A stretch of 64,000 nucleotides of DNA, taken from Flaccisagitta enflata. Its lineage: Eukaryota. The stretch covers positions 21,824,001 through 21,888,000 of the forward strand of contig OZ231126.1 in the NCBI GenBank assembly GCA_965153355.1. Reading direction: 5' to 3'. Below the pieces are notes generated by a model. It had not been told where the DNA came from, made no database searches, and was given only the letters and a program-made list of their open reading frames with translations. Position numbers and translations under genes: made by a program. Position 1 is the stretch's first letter, and every line of letters starts with the position of its first letter. Shown piece by piece: positions 42,593 through 56,063 of this stretch.

Positions 42593-44423
42593 AGCTAAAT
42601 CCTGACCTCCCAGACCCAGATCTTTGCTTCTAAGACCCTGATCCTAGTCTCTGGTCTCTGGTCCTGGACAAACAGACAATTCATATGGACATCATCCCCT
42701 TTGGCTTTTAGAGGTTCATCATATTTGCGACTGCTGCCTTGCTATCACTCTTGATTTGAATCTCAATCCTCTGAGCAGGGTGCGGGTACTGCTGACTACA
42801 TACTGCATATACATCACGGTGTTTTCCAAAAAATCTTACGTAAGAAAAAACCCTTGCAGATATTTTGTTTTCGAGATTGATAAGAACAAAAACCTGCCTT
42901 GCTAGAGTGAAGAGTAGGAGAGGAGAATATGGTTAAAATTTGCTGACCTAATGAAGTTGACACTGGTCCCTATGTTTCATTATCCCATTGAAGACAAGAG
43001 AAGTTTAATGTGTGCAGTGTGCTCGTGACGAGGAGGGCACTCAAGGCCGAATCCTCATTTGAAAATAAGGGCAGTGAGCTCCCTAACCACTCAAGGCAGA
43101 ATCGGACTTGAGTTGTTTTCAAACCTGACTGCCCCTCTAACTAGAGTGGTTTTTACATAAACTTCAAAATGAAATATTTTGGTCCTGATTTAGATCATAT
43201 TTGCATCACTCTGCTTCCATTTTTATGTCATCTTTTAATACAATCTGTAATCCTAAATTCTTAAAAGTAAAATAAAAATTCCCCAAAAATGATTTCTTTT
43301 CTTCAAATAATCATCATTTTTCTCCAAATTCTAAAAACATTCAAACTGGAAATGATAAATGTATTTTTTTTTTATTTCTAGATTATTTTTTAAAATATAT
43401 TGTTATATTCTTCTAAAGAATTTCAATATTCATTTATTCAGAATGGATAGAGAAGTAGTTTTAAGAAAAGGTAAAGCTGAACAGTGAAAATGAATTCAGA
43501 ATCAAAGCTAAATCCTGACCTCCCAGACCCAGATCATTGCTTCTAAGACCCTGATCCTGGTCTCTGGTCTCTGGTCCTGGACAAACAGACAATTCATACG
43601 GACATCATCCCCTTTGGCTTTTAGAGCTTCATCATATTTGCGACTGCTGCCCTTCTATCACTCTTGATTTGAATCTCAATCCTCTGAGCAGGGTGTGGGT
43701 ACTGCTGACTACATACTGCACATACATCACGGTGTTTTTCAAAAAATCTTACGTACGAAAAAAACCTTACAGATATCTTGTTTTCGAGTTTGATAAGAAC
43801 AAAAACCTGCCTTGCTAGAGTGAAGAGTAGGAGAGGAGAAAATGGTTAAAATTTGCTGACCTAATGAAGTTGACACTCGTCCCTATGTTTCATTATCCCA
43901 CTGAAGACAAGAGAAGTTTAACGTGTGCCTTGTGCTCGTGACGAGGAGGGCACTCAAGGCCGAATCCTCATTTGCAAATAAGGGCAGTGAATTCCCTAAC
44001 CACTCAAGGCAGAATTGGACTTGAGTGGTTTTCAAACCTGGCTGCCCCCTCTAACTAGAGTGGTTTTTACATAAACTTCAAAATGAAATGTTTTGGTCCT
44101 GATTTAGATCATATTTGCATCACTCTGCTTTTATTTTTATTTCATCTTTTAATACAATCTGTAATCTTAGATTCTTAAAAATGAAATAATAATTCCCCAA
44201 AAATGATATTTTTTGTTTGTTTTTTCAAATAATCATCATTTTTCTCTAAATTCTAAAAACATTCAAACTGGAAATGATAAATGTATTTTTTTTAATTTCT
44301 AGATTATTTTTAAAAATAGATTGTTATATTCTTCTAAAGAATTTCAATATTTCTTTATTCAGAATGGATAGAGAAGTAGTTTTAAGAAAAGGTAAAGCTG
44401 AACAGTGAAAATGAATTCAGAAT
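42593..44423. repeat. ~913-bp direct tandem duplication
   Basis: AGCTAAATCCTGACCTCCCAGACCCAGATC starts at 42593 and 43506. Both units end in GTGAAAATGAATTCAGAAT, with scattered substitutions between them. Confidence 0.92.
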
Positions 44424-44827
44424 TAGAGAAAAAAAATGATAAAACATTCTTTTTCAGAAACAGAATTAACCTGACTTTTAGAATTCCCATGAGCAAGTAA
44501 AATCAAAGACCATTCTTGTTATAATTGAAAATGAAGGATGTCCAATTTCTTGCCACTCAAGTTCGAATCCGACTAAAGCAGTTTCAGTACTAACTCTAGT
44601 CCGAAATTCGGCCTAAAATGGTTCCCCCCTCGTGACTAGTCCGACGTAATGACGCATGCTAACTCCCTCATATGGAGAAGACTAAAGAGCTAAAGGCACA
44701 GAAAAAAAAAAGAAGAAGAAAAGAAGAATGAATTGTGGAGGGGAATCGAGAATTAGCTATGAAGCCTAGAAACGAGCCGAGAGAAGAATAGAACGGGAGA
44801 ATTACGACGTGGTTCATAGAGCGACAA

Positions 44828-45061
<234 letters not shown>

Positions 45062-45287
45062 AACAAAGACACAGACAGGGACACACAAACAGACACACAG
45101 ACAGAAACAGTTACATGATATAGTTTGTTTTTTTTTACATCTGCATAGTATGGCATACCCAAAGCTAGTAATCGCTGGCGTATCTGCTAACCAGTGCTAG
45201 GAAACCAGGGAATATCAAATTGAAAGAGATACTCATCGAGACAGACTGAAATTGAGACTGAGACAGATACAGAGAGATATATGGAAC

Positions 45288-45518
45288 AACCAGTCATACA
45301 GAATCGCACGCGCGCACATGGTCTGCGGTATCTGTTGCCCTGCTTAGAGGGATCAGCTGAAGTTGTAGAGTGAAAGCAGGGCAGCGGCCCCAGAGGATCG
45401 ATGTCCTGTAAAAAACAGAAGTGAATTTCTAGACATCCAGAGGGGTATATTAGAGGCCTGAGAGGCCCGGGTTGAGCTTTGAGAGACGTGGGGTACACCT
45501 TTGGAGCCGCTGCGCAAG
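45288..45518 (-). mobile_element. HINE-like A-type element, degenerate
   Basis: ATGGTCTGCGGTATC...GCAGGGCAGCGGCCCCAGAGGATCGATGTCCTGTA ... TTTGGAGCCGCTGCGCAA. Confidence 0.65.
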
Positions 45519-45525
45519 AAGGAAA

Positions 45526-45820
45526 AACAAGGTCATTACACCTAAGTCGCGTGCGTCGGCACTTTCAATAATAGTCAAGCAGACAGACAGAAAAAGTTTT
45601 TTTTTCAAAAAGACGTTTTAAAGTTTTAAAGTATTAAATCAAACAGCTATTTACTGCTGCAAGCTTCTCCACTATTCAGAGGCATGAAAAACGCGATAAA
45701 AAGCCTTTCAAACAACTTTGTGACAGACGGACAGACCGACGGACGGACGGACCAACGGACGGACGGACCAACGGACGGACCGAAAAGTGGCTTATAGAGT
45801 CGCGTAGCACGCGACTAAAA
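45526..45820 (-). mobile_element. HINE-like B-type variant
   Basis: AACAAGG..TACAC..AGTCGCGTGC at the left end, (GGAC)n, and AGAGTCGCGTAGCACGCGACTAAAA at the right end. Confidence 0.75.
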
Positions 45821-45874
45821 ATGAGAAATAGTGACAGAAAAAAATGCAATACATACTGACAAATAGCCTTGTGG

Positions 45875-45986
<112 letters not shown>

Positions 45987-46455
45987 AGAGAGAGAGAGAG
46001 GACTGAGAAAGCAAGCATGAAGGAATAAAGAAAGAGAGTAAGAAGTTAAGGAAGAGTTATGCTTCCCATGGTTCCTCTCTTTTCTCTATGTGGCCTTTGC
46101 AATATGCAATTTAGAAGGAAACTGAGGGTCGGCTAAGCTGGTGCGTGGGAATCGGGTGTGTAAGTGCATAGTTTGAAAGAAAATATGGTGTGTTAACCAA
46201 AAGCAAGCACCTCTTCACGGTTGGACGCATTTGTCACGTCTTAGCTCTGGCTTTGTCCTGCCATCTCAGACAGGAGACAGATCAATGTTGTGGCCAATTG
46301 AGCCAATTGGTTAAACTTTTAGTATTTCAATCATTCACTACTTGATTAGCTCTAGCAACATGGCTTACTCATTCTTTGTTCTTTTATTCTTTTATATTGA
46401 ACTGACATTTGTGCTATTATTGATAAATCAACATCCATTTCTCCAATAATGCATA

Positions 46456-46791
46456 CCGTATTTCCTGCATTTATCGCCCCCCCCCTCTAATTAGTGCCCC
46501 CTCCCCTCTTCATGTTAAGTATAACCTAATAGCAACAATATATTTCTGGAAAAAATCCTTTGAAATATATTGTAAAGTAGGTTTTTTTGATAAAATTCTT
46601 GTGAAAAAAGCATGTTTTGCAGCAGAATATTCTCTGTTTTTATGTTTTACTCTATTTATTTACAAAAGATTTGTCAAATAGTGATGTTTTAATAGAAAAT
46701 ATCCATTAGGGGTGCGCTAAATGCAGGTTAAAAATAGTAATGTTTCATTTCAATTTCAAAAGCGCCCGGGCGCTAATTACAGGAAATACGG
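46456..46791. mobile_element. pogo/Tigger-like MITE (TA TSD)
   Basis: TA|CCGTATTTCCTG ... CAGGAAATACGG|TA. Confidence 0.82.
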
Positions 46792-47141
46792 TATGTTCTT
46801 CTTAGGGACTACCAATTCGGCGATTTGTTGTTCCTGATTCTTAGTGGGGTTACAACGTATAACTGGAGCAGAATAATACTTATTTTTGTCATGAAGCAGA
46901 ATCCTAAAAAAGTAACTTAGCTATTAGTATTAGACGATATACCAAGGTTCTGACAAAAACAAACTGCAAGATGTTATTTGCAAAAAATTGGTATGAAAGT
47001 TAATCAGCAAGCCCACAGACACTGTCAGGCACCCGAGCTGGACTGAAAAGGCACCTATGGGTGTAAATCTGGTTCATGTATACATGGCAAGAGAAGAGGA
47101 GAAAACTTATGAGGTCGGTCCTTTATTTATGGCTCTACAAA

Positions 47142-47241
<100 letters not shown>

Positions 47242-47623
47242 CAAAAGGGAGAGATGATTATAGCCGTAGTCCCTTGCTGAAAATAGCATTAGTACCGACG
47301 AAAATCTTAGTGAGCTACTGAGCTTAATCAAAAGATTATTGTTCTAAAAAAAAGATAGCTATCCGTCCAACATCTTTTTGTGAAAATGGAACGAAACGAA
47401 ACTCTGACATCTTACTCGAGACGCGAGGACACATCTGAGACACATGAAAAAGAAAAAAAATGGCACCAAAAAAAGAAAAAAAAAAAGGAGGATAAGAAAA
47501 AAATAATCGGATTTTGGGAATCGGTTTTCTTTGTTTGTGTGCTGATGTATGGGCTCTTAGTGTGGCTTGGATTGCCAATAGGAAGTGGAAGATACGACGC
47601 AGTCTCAAGAAGGGATATGCAAT

Positions 47624-47750
<127 letters not shown>

Positions 47751-49044
47751 GAAGCGAGTAAGCAGGGATGTATATACTATATACTACGTACTATATAGTT
47801 CTCTGACCTTTGATTTCTCCTCCCCCCCCATCCTTTGATTTTCTACCCATGTGGTCACCTCAATTATGGCCCCTGCCATCCGGCACGCGACTGAGGTAGC
47901 CGTGTATCCAGCCTTGTTCCTTTGATTATCTGCCCCATTTCCAAACCCTTTGATTATTTTCTCCAGAAGGGGGGGGGGGTGATACGAAAAAATATTCACA
48001 CCTGCAAGTAATAGTTAATAGAACCAATAAAAACTAATGAAACAGCAAGGCAGGCACTACAAAGAAATATAATGGTTAATTCACCGTTTAGGTACATATT
48101 CCATTAAATTGTTTGAAGTTTCAATCGCAATTCATTAAGTTTAGAATTGTTGAATCAAAAGTTTTTGCGTGCACTCTATTTTGTCTTGTTAAGTTTTTTG
48201 CAAATCCGAGCAATAGTAATCCGTGACATCTCAACTGTGATCCGCAATTTTCAACCTTCTCACCTGTGTCACTTTCTGGTAAGATACCGTTACAAGCCCT
48301 TTTAGTATGTTTTTTTTTTCAAATTCAAATTCGAGTCCTAGCCACAAAGATATGCACTGTCTTGCGCGGATTTGAGCGATTGAGCGCATCAGTGAGCGCA
48401 TACAAATCTCAAATTTGAGAAAGACTGCCTTTGAGCTGCGTGATGAGGAAATTTATCCTGAAAATGGGGGGCAAAGATTAAAAGCCTGAGAAAAGTAGAC
48501 AATCATAGAAGCACCCAAGACGAAGATTTGGAAATTTGTGTGCGATAGCGTCAGAGCAACACACCTCAGCAGCAGCAGCAGCAGCAAAAGCAGCAGTTTG
48601 AACAATGAAGACAGAATCATGGCTTGGGTGATGGCGGCAGTGACGAAAGGGGCATCACATCTTGGCACCATCTACTAATTAATGAGTACAATGTTGAGAA
48701 GTAAATTGCTTGTGACATAACAAGCGATTAATGGGGTCAGACTGTTTGTGGCTTGGGATGTACAACAACTATGAGGGTACAGACGTGAAAGTTGCTGATA
48801 CAATGGAGGTGCTGCTGCTTCTTACTGATAACAAAAGTGGATGCGCTAACGTGTTGGATAGACGGAGAAGCAGTTAATTTGCTGCCGGATGAATCTAGCG
48901 TCAGTTATGCTAAACCGCAGGTCTGATGAACTGCTGGCGGCGGTGATTGTGAGCTTATCTGATCCCAAACTTTAGGTGGGGTTGCCGAGTAGCCAAATAT
49001 GAAGTAGTAATGGCCAAACTGCTGATGCCCAAGAGCAACAGTAG

Positions 49045-49623
49045 CAGCTAATTTGGAAAAAAAGTCGAAGAATACCTCCGGCTGTTTGAGACCTACGGCG
49101 GAAATCGATTTTCCCTTTTTCTCATGAGTGGTTCGGGGAAGTTGATCAATTTTGGGGGCCAAATGGGACTACGTATGAAATTAATAGCTAAGAAAGAGCT
49201 AAATCTCCTCTTTCGGATGACGCCAAGCAGAATTCTGTGCGATCGATAATTTCGGAGCTATGATTATCTGCATCTTTTTTTATTTTTTCGCATATTTCAC
49301 ATTTTTCCCAAAAATGAGGAATTAAGGTATTGAAGCCTATTTTAACTTCAAATTGTCCCGGATGATGATTGTGCATGCTGGCAGCAAAGTCTCTTACTCT
49401 TTTAGTAGTAGTATCTATAAGAGGCTTTGTCCATCCGTCCGTCAGTCCATCCGTTGGTCTGTTGGTCCATCACTCAGACCATCAGTCTATCCATGGTGAT
49501 CAAATCAAAAGTGGAAAACAAGCATTCTCTCTGTGTCTCTCTCTATCTGTCTCATTCTCTGTCTGTCTGTCCGTCTGTCTGTCCGTCCGTCTGACTGTGT
49601 GTCCGTCTGTCTGTCCGTCGTCC

Positions 49624-49696
<73 letters not shown>

Positions 49697-49752
49697 TTTC
49701 TCTCAGCATTTATGACTTTTTCCCTACGGCGATTAGCCGCCCTTATTGTTAT
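49045..49752 (+). mobile_element. Unclassified interspersed repeat, family F (copy 2)
   Basis: Colinear with 14580-15252. Confidence 0.7.
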
Positions 49753-50225
49753 ACTGGAGTTCCAAAAGGAAAACATCATAATGTGCTCCTGTACGGGAGA
49801 ATATGCTGCTTTACCAAAGCAGTAGCGTCGTCGAATGTGTCGGAGTGACGGTGAATCTGCCTCTGTGCCAGGCCGATAACAGCAACAAATGAACCGCTGT
49901 GCCACAGAAATAGCATAGTCAAAAGTGTCGAAATGATGGTGAATTTGCCTCAGCACCAGGGCGATAGCAGCAACTAATGAGCCGCTATGCAACAGAATTA
50001 GCAGCAGCAAATGTGCTGCTAAACTGCAGCATCAAAATTGCTGCTGTGGCGGCAGACGACGGCGCCGCCAACGACATCGGAGATAAGATTGGGAAATGGC
50101 GTGAGAGGAGATTTCTCTCCGGCATTAATGGGAAACTCAAAACAACCAACTCAAAATAAACACTTGGCTTAGTGGAGATAGTGAGCCGCCGTGATGGGTG
50201 TGAGAGGGTGAATCTACAAAGAATG

Positions 50226-50335
<110 letters not shown>

Positions 50336-50437
50336 GGAAGGATGGACAAACGAACGGTTGAATGAATGTCCCTAGGCTACGATCTACAGGACTTCGTCCC
50401 CTTTCGGGCCGCTGCCCCAAAAGAGCATGAAAGGACA

Positions 50438-52302
50438 AATAGTTATTTAAGGATCGCAAATGGTCAGCGGTACCCTTTGCCCTGCTTGGAGGATTTAAGG
50501 TGAAGAAGTTGGGTCTGATCAGGTTAGCTGCCCCTAAGGGCCAATGTCCAGAGAGGGGTAGAGGAGACGTAACTATGCCTCAGATCTGAGGCTTGAGAAG
50601 TCAGATTTGAAACCTGATAGAACTGATTTGGAACATGAGAGGTGAGATTTGTGGTCTGATAGGCTACTTCGGGACCAGAGAGGGCTAATCTTTTGTCAGA
50701 CAAGGATGGCTTGGGGCATAGAGATTGAGAAGGATCTTTGGGGGGAGAGGGTGTGTAGTAGGGCCAACGGTTTTTTTCATCAAATCAATTGAACACCCCA
50801 GCCTGCAGCTTTTTTAAATAGACTATGTCTATACTGTTGAAAACTACTTGCTATATGACTTTTCTCTGTGATTTAGAGGTGCCAGATTTGATATTTTGAT
50901 CATAACTTGATGGTGGTTGTGGTAAAAATGTCAAATATAGGTTATTTTGGCCGCCAAATTGGGCCACTTAGCCTTAGAAATCAAACCTAAAATCCATGAG
51001 ATTATAAAACTAGAGCTCAAGATCTCACTAGTGGCGCAATCCGCATGTTTCTATCATTTTTCATTTAGATTTGAGAGCATTTCAAAGATGAAAGGGTTTG
51101 AAGGGAAAATTGCGGCTTCAATTTCAGTTGCAATTTTGACATTTTTCACAAATTTCAATATTTTGCAGCTTTGGATGGACCAATCTGCATAAAATTGGTG
51201 ATCAAATTAAAGAGTTTTTCCTGTTCTAGCTGATGGTAAAAAAATTTTTGATCAATATTTCCCTTCAAAAATTTTAGAGACTGTAGAAGCAGGTGCAAAA
51301 AAATCAATTTTTTTGCGAATTGGTCAATTTTGGATGGAAAATGAGGCCACTTCCAATTCTTAAAAAGACTAAAAATCCATGAGCAAAATAAAGTACTGCT
51401 CAGGAGCTAACCAGTGGTGCAATCGGTGTGTCAATATGTTTTTGCATTTAGATTTTATAGAACTTCAAAGATTAAAATACCCAAAAATTATTACTTTGAC
51501 ATACCCTTAGATCTTTGAAGTTCTATAAAATCTAAATGCAAAAACATTTTGACACGCCGATTGCACTACTGGTTAGCTCCTGAGCAGTACTTTATTTTGC
51601 TCATGGATTTTAAGTCTTTTTATTAATTAGAAGTGGCCTAATTCTTCATCCAAAATTGACTAATTTGCAAAAAAAATCGATTTTTTTTGCACCTGCTTCT
51701 ACAGTCTCTAAAATTTTTAGGGGGGAATATCGATCAAAAATTTTTTTACCATCAGCTAGAACAGGAAAAACTCTTCAATTTGATCACCAATTTTATGCAG
51801 ATTGGTCCATCCAAAGCCGCAAAATATTGAAATTTGTAAAAAATGTCAAAATTGCAACTGAAATTGAAGCCACAATTTTCCCTTCAAACCCTTTCATCTT
51901 TGAAATGCTCTCAAATCTAAACAAAAAATGTAGAAACATGCGGATTGCACCACTAGTGAGATCTTGAGCTCTAGTTTTATAATCTCATGAACTTTAGGTT
52001 TGATTTCTAAGGCTAGGTGGCCCAATTTGGCGGCCAAAATGACCTTAATTTGACATTTTTATCACAACCACTATCAAGTTATGATCAAAATATCAAATCT
52101 GGCACCTCTAAATCACAGAGAAAAGTCATATAGCAAGTAGTTTTCAAAAGTATAGACATAGTCTGTTAAAAAAGCTGCAGGCTGGGGTGTTCAATTGATT
52201 TGATGCAAAAACCGTTGGCCCTAGTGTGTAGACAGAGGGTTATACGGGAAATCACACGTGTCTTCAACAGAGCACCGGCCCTTTGGAGGCGCAGCCGAAA
52301 AA
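50438..52302 (-). mobile_element. Old HINE-like A3 element split by the fold-back insertion
   Basis: The tail AAGGATCGCAAATGGTCAGCGGTACCC at 50449-50475, decayed 21-bp repeats and a decayed 5' end CGGCCCTTTGGAGGCGCAGCCGAAAA at about 52276-52302. Confidence 0.65.
50759..52223. mobile_element. 1.46-kb fold-back hAT-type element
   Basis: TAGGGCCAACGG ... CCGTTGGCCCTA with a perfect 8-bp TSD GTGTGTAG (50751-50758 and 52224-52231). Arms are about 714 bp around a ~38-bp spacer (51473-51510). Confidence 0.92.
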
Positions 52303-52462
52303 TAGTTGTAAGTTGATTGAAAGAAGACGTTACTCCTTTAATTCCTTCAAAGTTTAAAAAAATTCAAGATGAGATTTCATCAACACGGCCAATATCGGTC
52401 GTGGTTGCTTCATCCTCAAATTGATTCACCCGATTCACGGTATTTCTTTTTATATCGGTTCA

Positions 52463-52567
<105 letters not shown>

Positions 52568-52875
52568 CCCCGCCAACGAAGCCACTTACTTCTCGGCATT
52601 CAAACTGAAATCGCGTTTTTGCCGCGCTGTCGAGGTTTTCAAGTCCGGGCTTTGCGCGCGTGAATGGCCTGGACGAGTGGGAAACAAGAAGATGAGGAAC
52701 AAAAACGCGCATCCTCAATCCACCTTACTTGCAATGTCATCTCTTCTTCCTCTTGTTACTCACACCGTCTCCTCTGTATGCTCTTCTATTTGTTTTTTCA
52801 TTTGTTCGTTATTATGATAATGATTATCGATTTGTTGCCATCATCATATATTTCTATCATTTTACTCTCTTTTTT

Positions 52876-53415
52876 GGGCAGCGGCCCCGAGGGGGCCGAT
52901 GACCTATGCTTTCACATGTCTAGGGAAATTTCTCCTCCTCCTTCTTCTCCTCCTCCTCCTCCTCCATCCCCCCCCTCTGGCTTCGAAGCCTAAATTTTAG
53001 CTCTGAGGCCCCAATTCCAGCCCTAAGGCTCCAATCATAGCCCCTAGGCTTCAATACCTGCCTAAAGGCTCCAATCTCAGCCATGAGGCTCCAATCTAAT
53101 CCTCAAGGCTCCAATTGTAGCCCCAAAGCTCTCACTCAAGCCTCAAGGCTCCTATCCCAGCCCAGAGGCCCCAATCCTAACCTCATGTCTCCAATCCCAG
53201 CCTCATGGCTCAAATCCCAGCCTCGTAGCTCAAATCCCAGCCTTATAGCTCAAATCCCAGCCTTGAGTCTTGTACCCTCGCCTCAATGCTAAAATCCTCA
53301 CCCAGCATAGGTCATCGGCTCCTTCGGGGCCGCTGCCCCTCTCACCTTCACATCTAACATACACCAACCTAGGGGCAACGGGTACCGCTGACCATCTGAC
53401 GCTTTTGCGACTATT
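52876..53415 (+). mobile_element. HINE-like family A1, full length
   Basis: GGGCAGCGGCCCCGAGGGGGCCGATGACCTATGC is inverted at about 53305-53338. It has 20-bp repeats and the A1 tail. Confidence 0.88.
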
Positions 53416-53535
53416 TTTCTTTTTCTTATCCTCTGTTTCCATCAATCCTATTTTCCCCCTTCTTTTTCATCCCCTTCTCTTTATCAATTTACTTTTCTCT
53501 TTCCATTGCCTTTTGGACCTTTTCTTTCCTTTTTT

Positions 53536-54057
53536 GGGCAGCGGCCCCAAAGGGCCGATGTCCTGTAGGACACAGGGGTGAATTTCCTTACGTCCGTCCG
53601 TCCATCCGTAAGTATGTACGTCCCCCCCCAAGCTTCTCAATTCTCAAATCCCATCGAATAGCATAGGAAAATGTCAAAATGTGAACTTCCCATTGAATAA
53701 CATGGAAAATTTACAAATAAATAGAAAAATGTAAATTTCCCATTGAATAACATTGAAAATGAACAAAAATGAAAAAAATGCAAAATTCCTACTGGATAGT
53801 ATGGAAAATTGATAAGAAAAAGAAAAAATATGAAATTCTCATTGAATAACATGGAAATTGACAAGAAATTATCAAAAAAGTGTGACTACCAATGAATATC
53901 ATGGAAAATTGCCCCAAAGGCTTGAAATATGCCTTCTTAGGATGTAAGGAAATTCACCCCTTTGGGGCCGCTGTCTGCTCTCACTCCACTTTTTCAGCTG
54001 ATCACTCCGAGCAGGGCATCGGGTACCACTGACCATGTGCGATCCTTAGATGACTTG
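53536..54057 (+). mobile_element. HINE-like family A3 (50-bp repeat subtype)
   Basis: A3 termini with CCATTGAATAACATGGAAAAT internal repeats. Sister of 7951-8486. Confidence 0.85.
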
Positions 54058-54060
54058 TTT

Positions 54061-55064
54061 GGGCAGCGGCCCTGAAGGGGACGAAGTCCTGTAGAACTCA
54101 GGGGGGACTTTTATGTGTCCGTCCGTTTGTCTGTTCGTTCGTCCGTCCCCCCCAGGCCTTCTCAGGCCTGAAATTTGCCCTCTCAGGCTTGAAATCTGCC
54201 CTCTCTGGCCTTGAATCTACCCTCTCAGGCCTGAAATCTGCCTTCTCAGGCCTGAAACCTGTCCTCTCAGATTCAAGGCCTGAGAGGGCAGATTTTGGGC
54301 CTGGGAGGGTAGATTTCAGGCCTGAGAGGGCAGGGTTCAGGCCTAAGATGGCCTGGGAGGGACTGACGGATGGACGGATGAATGGACAAACTAACAAATG
54401 TCCCCCTGTGTTCTACAGGACTTTGTCCCCTTCGGGGCTGCTGCCCTGCTTCCTCTCACTCCAATTTACAACCATTCGAAGCAGGGCAACGGGTATCGCT
54501 GACCACATACACTTTTTTTTTTACAAGAACGTCATTTTTTTTTCGAAGGCTTCATGTTCTTATTTTGGAGGCCAAATGAAGCCTTCAATGTTCTTAGAGC
54601 GTTCTTAATTTCAAATATCATTTATTAATGTAGAAACAATAAAAAACACTAGTTTACTATAACTTGATTATACTTGATATATTTCTACAAATAACAACTA
54701 AAATCAATGTTTGATCGTTAGGTCTAGAGACATTTATAGTATATATATTCAAAATTATAGAATATTACTGTAAATATATTTAAATTCAAGTTCCTGGATG
54801 ATTGCAACAGTTTACGACCGAACAGACAGCAACTATGTCACGAGTCTGAAGGATCTCGATCGATAGACTCATTTTGCTTTTTGCTTCTCTTTCAGAATTT
54901 TTTAGATACTTTTTAAGTATTACCGTTGTTGAAGAATTTTTTTTTCTAATTTGAAGCCTTCATATGTTCTTAAGATGTTCTTAATTTTTGGGCATTTCGA
55001 AGCCTTGATGTTCTTATAACCTAGGTTCTTATAAAAAAAAAAGTGTATTGCCCTTGGGCGACCT
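54061..55064 (+). mobile_element. HINE-like family A2 with a MITE in its tail
   Basis: The A2 5' end follows directly after TTT. The tail GACCACATA|TTGCCCTTGGGCGACCT is split at the TA. Confidence 0.85.
54510..55045. mobile_element. TIR MITE (TA TSD)
   Basis: TA|CACTTTTTTTTTTACAAGAAC ... GTTCTTATAAAAAAAAAAGTG|TA. The empty site is known from the other A2 copies. Confidence 0.85.
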
Positions 55065-55471
55065 ATAATATGGGGAATATTATCCTCCATCTCCATCCGT
55101 CCATACCCACCTTCCTAGATTTGAGACTCACATCCTAGCCTCAAGGCTCGAATACCAGCCTCAAGGCCAGTATACCATTCTCAAGGCTATATCAAGGCTG
55201 GAATTGGAGCCTCTACGCTAGCATTGGAGCTTCAAAGCTGGGATTGGAGCCTCGAAGCTGGAATTGGAGCCTCAAGGCTGGGAGGAGAAGGAGGAGAAAA
55301 CCTCCCATATGACATGTGCAACATAAATAGAAAAAAAAGTTCAAAAGATTACTTGTCAAAAGATTGCAAAATATGTTTGAGAGCTTCCCAGCTTCCCAAA
55401 AAGTAAACGTGACGAACTAACTGACCAAAGGACGGACAAAGCGTAGTGTAGGGTAACGTAGCACGCAACTA

Positions 55472-56063
55472 ACAATGGCCAAAATAAAAACCGGACGCTT
55501 AGTTTTTCATGATTGAGAGAAAACTGCACATTCTCCTAACTTAAAATCCATGAGCATTTTAAAGAGCTTTAAAAACTCTAAAGATTTAGACCAAGCAGAA
55601 ATTTTTAGCTTGAGTCGTTTTCAAATCACATAGTGTGAAACTCAACACCCATATTCTTGAAAACAAATTACTGTGCCTGACAATAAGACCCTTTTTTGTC
55701 TCACATATTTTGTAAAATGAAGAAACTGAATTAATGGAACAAAATTCAAGGTAAAAATGGAGTATTTTGAATTTTCTACAAGATGGCACCAAGCAGAAAT
55801 CATGATTCTTATTCATTAACAAGCTACATCAATTCCAAGTTGGTTACTCTGAATAGATTGAAACCACATTTGAGATTTCTGGGTGGTTATATTTTAAGCA
55901 TCATAACTTCTAGAGTTTTGAAGCGACAACGTTCTGTGAAAGCTCAAATAAAAGATATTTTGAAGCTCTTCAAAACCATCATGGATTTTAAGGGTTTATC
56001 ATTTTAAATTACTGAATAATCTTTGATCAAGAGGTAGCGTCCGGTTTTTTATTTTGCCACTGT
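55472..56063. mobile_element. TIR MITE (TA TSD), copy 2
   Basis: Same TIRs and an inverted interior relative to 38863-39453. Confidence 0.88.

Noticed and set aside
44555..44580. B-box-like AGTTCGAATCC
   Set aside because: No A-box at a suitable distance and no cloverleaf, so it is not a tRNA or tRNA-derived SINE.
48920..48960. CTGATGA hammerhead-like core (also ~42320 and ~60911)
   Set aside because: No matching stem II followed by GAAA and no closing helices were found.
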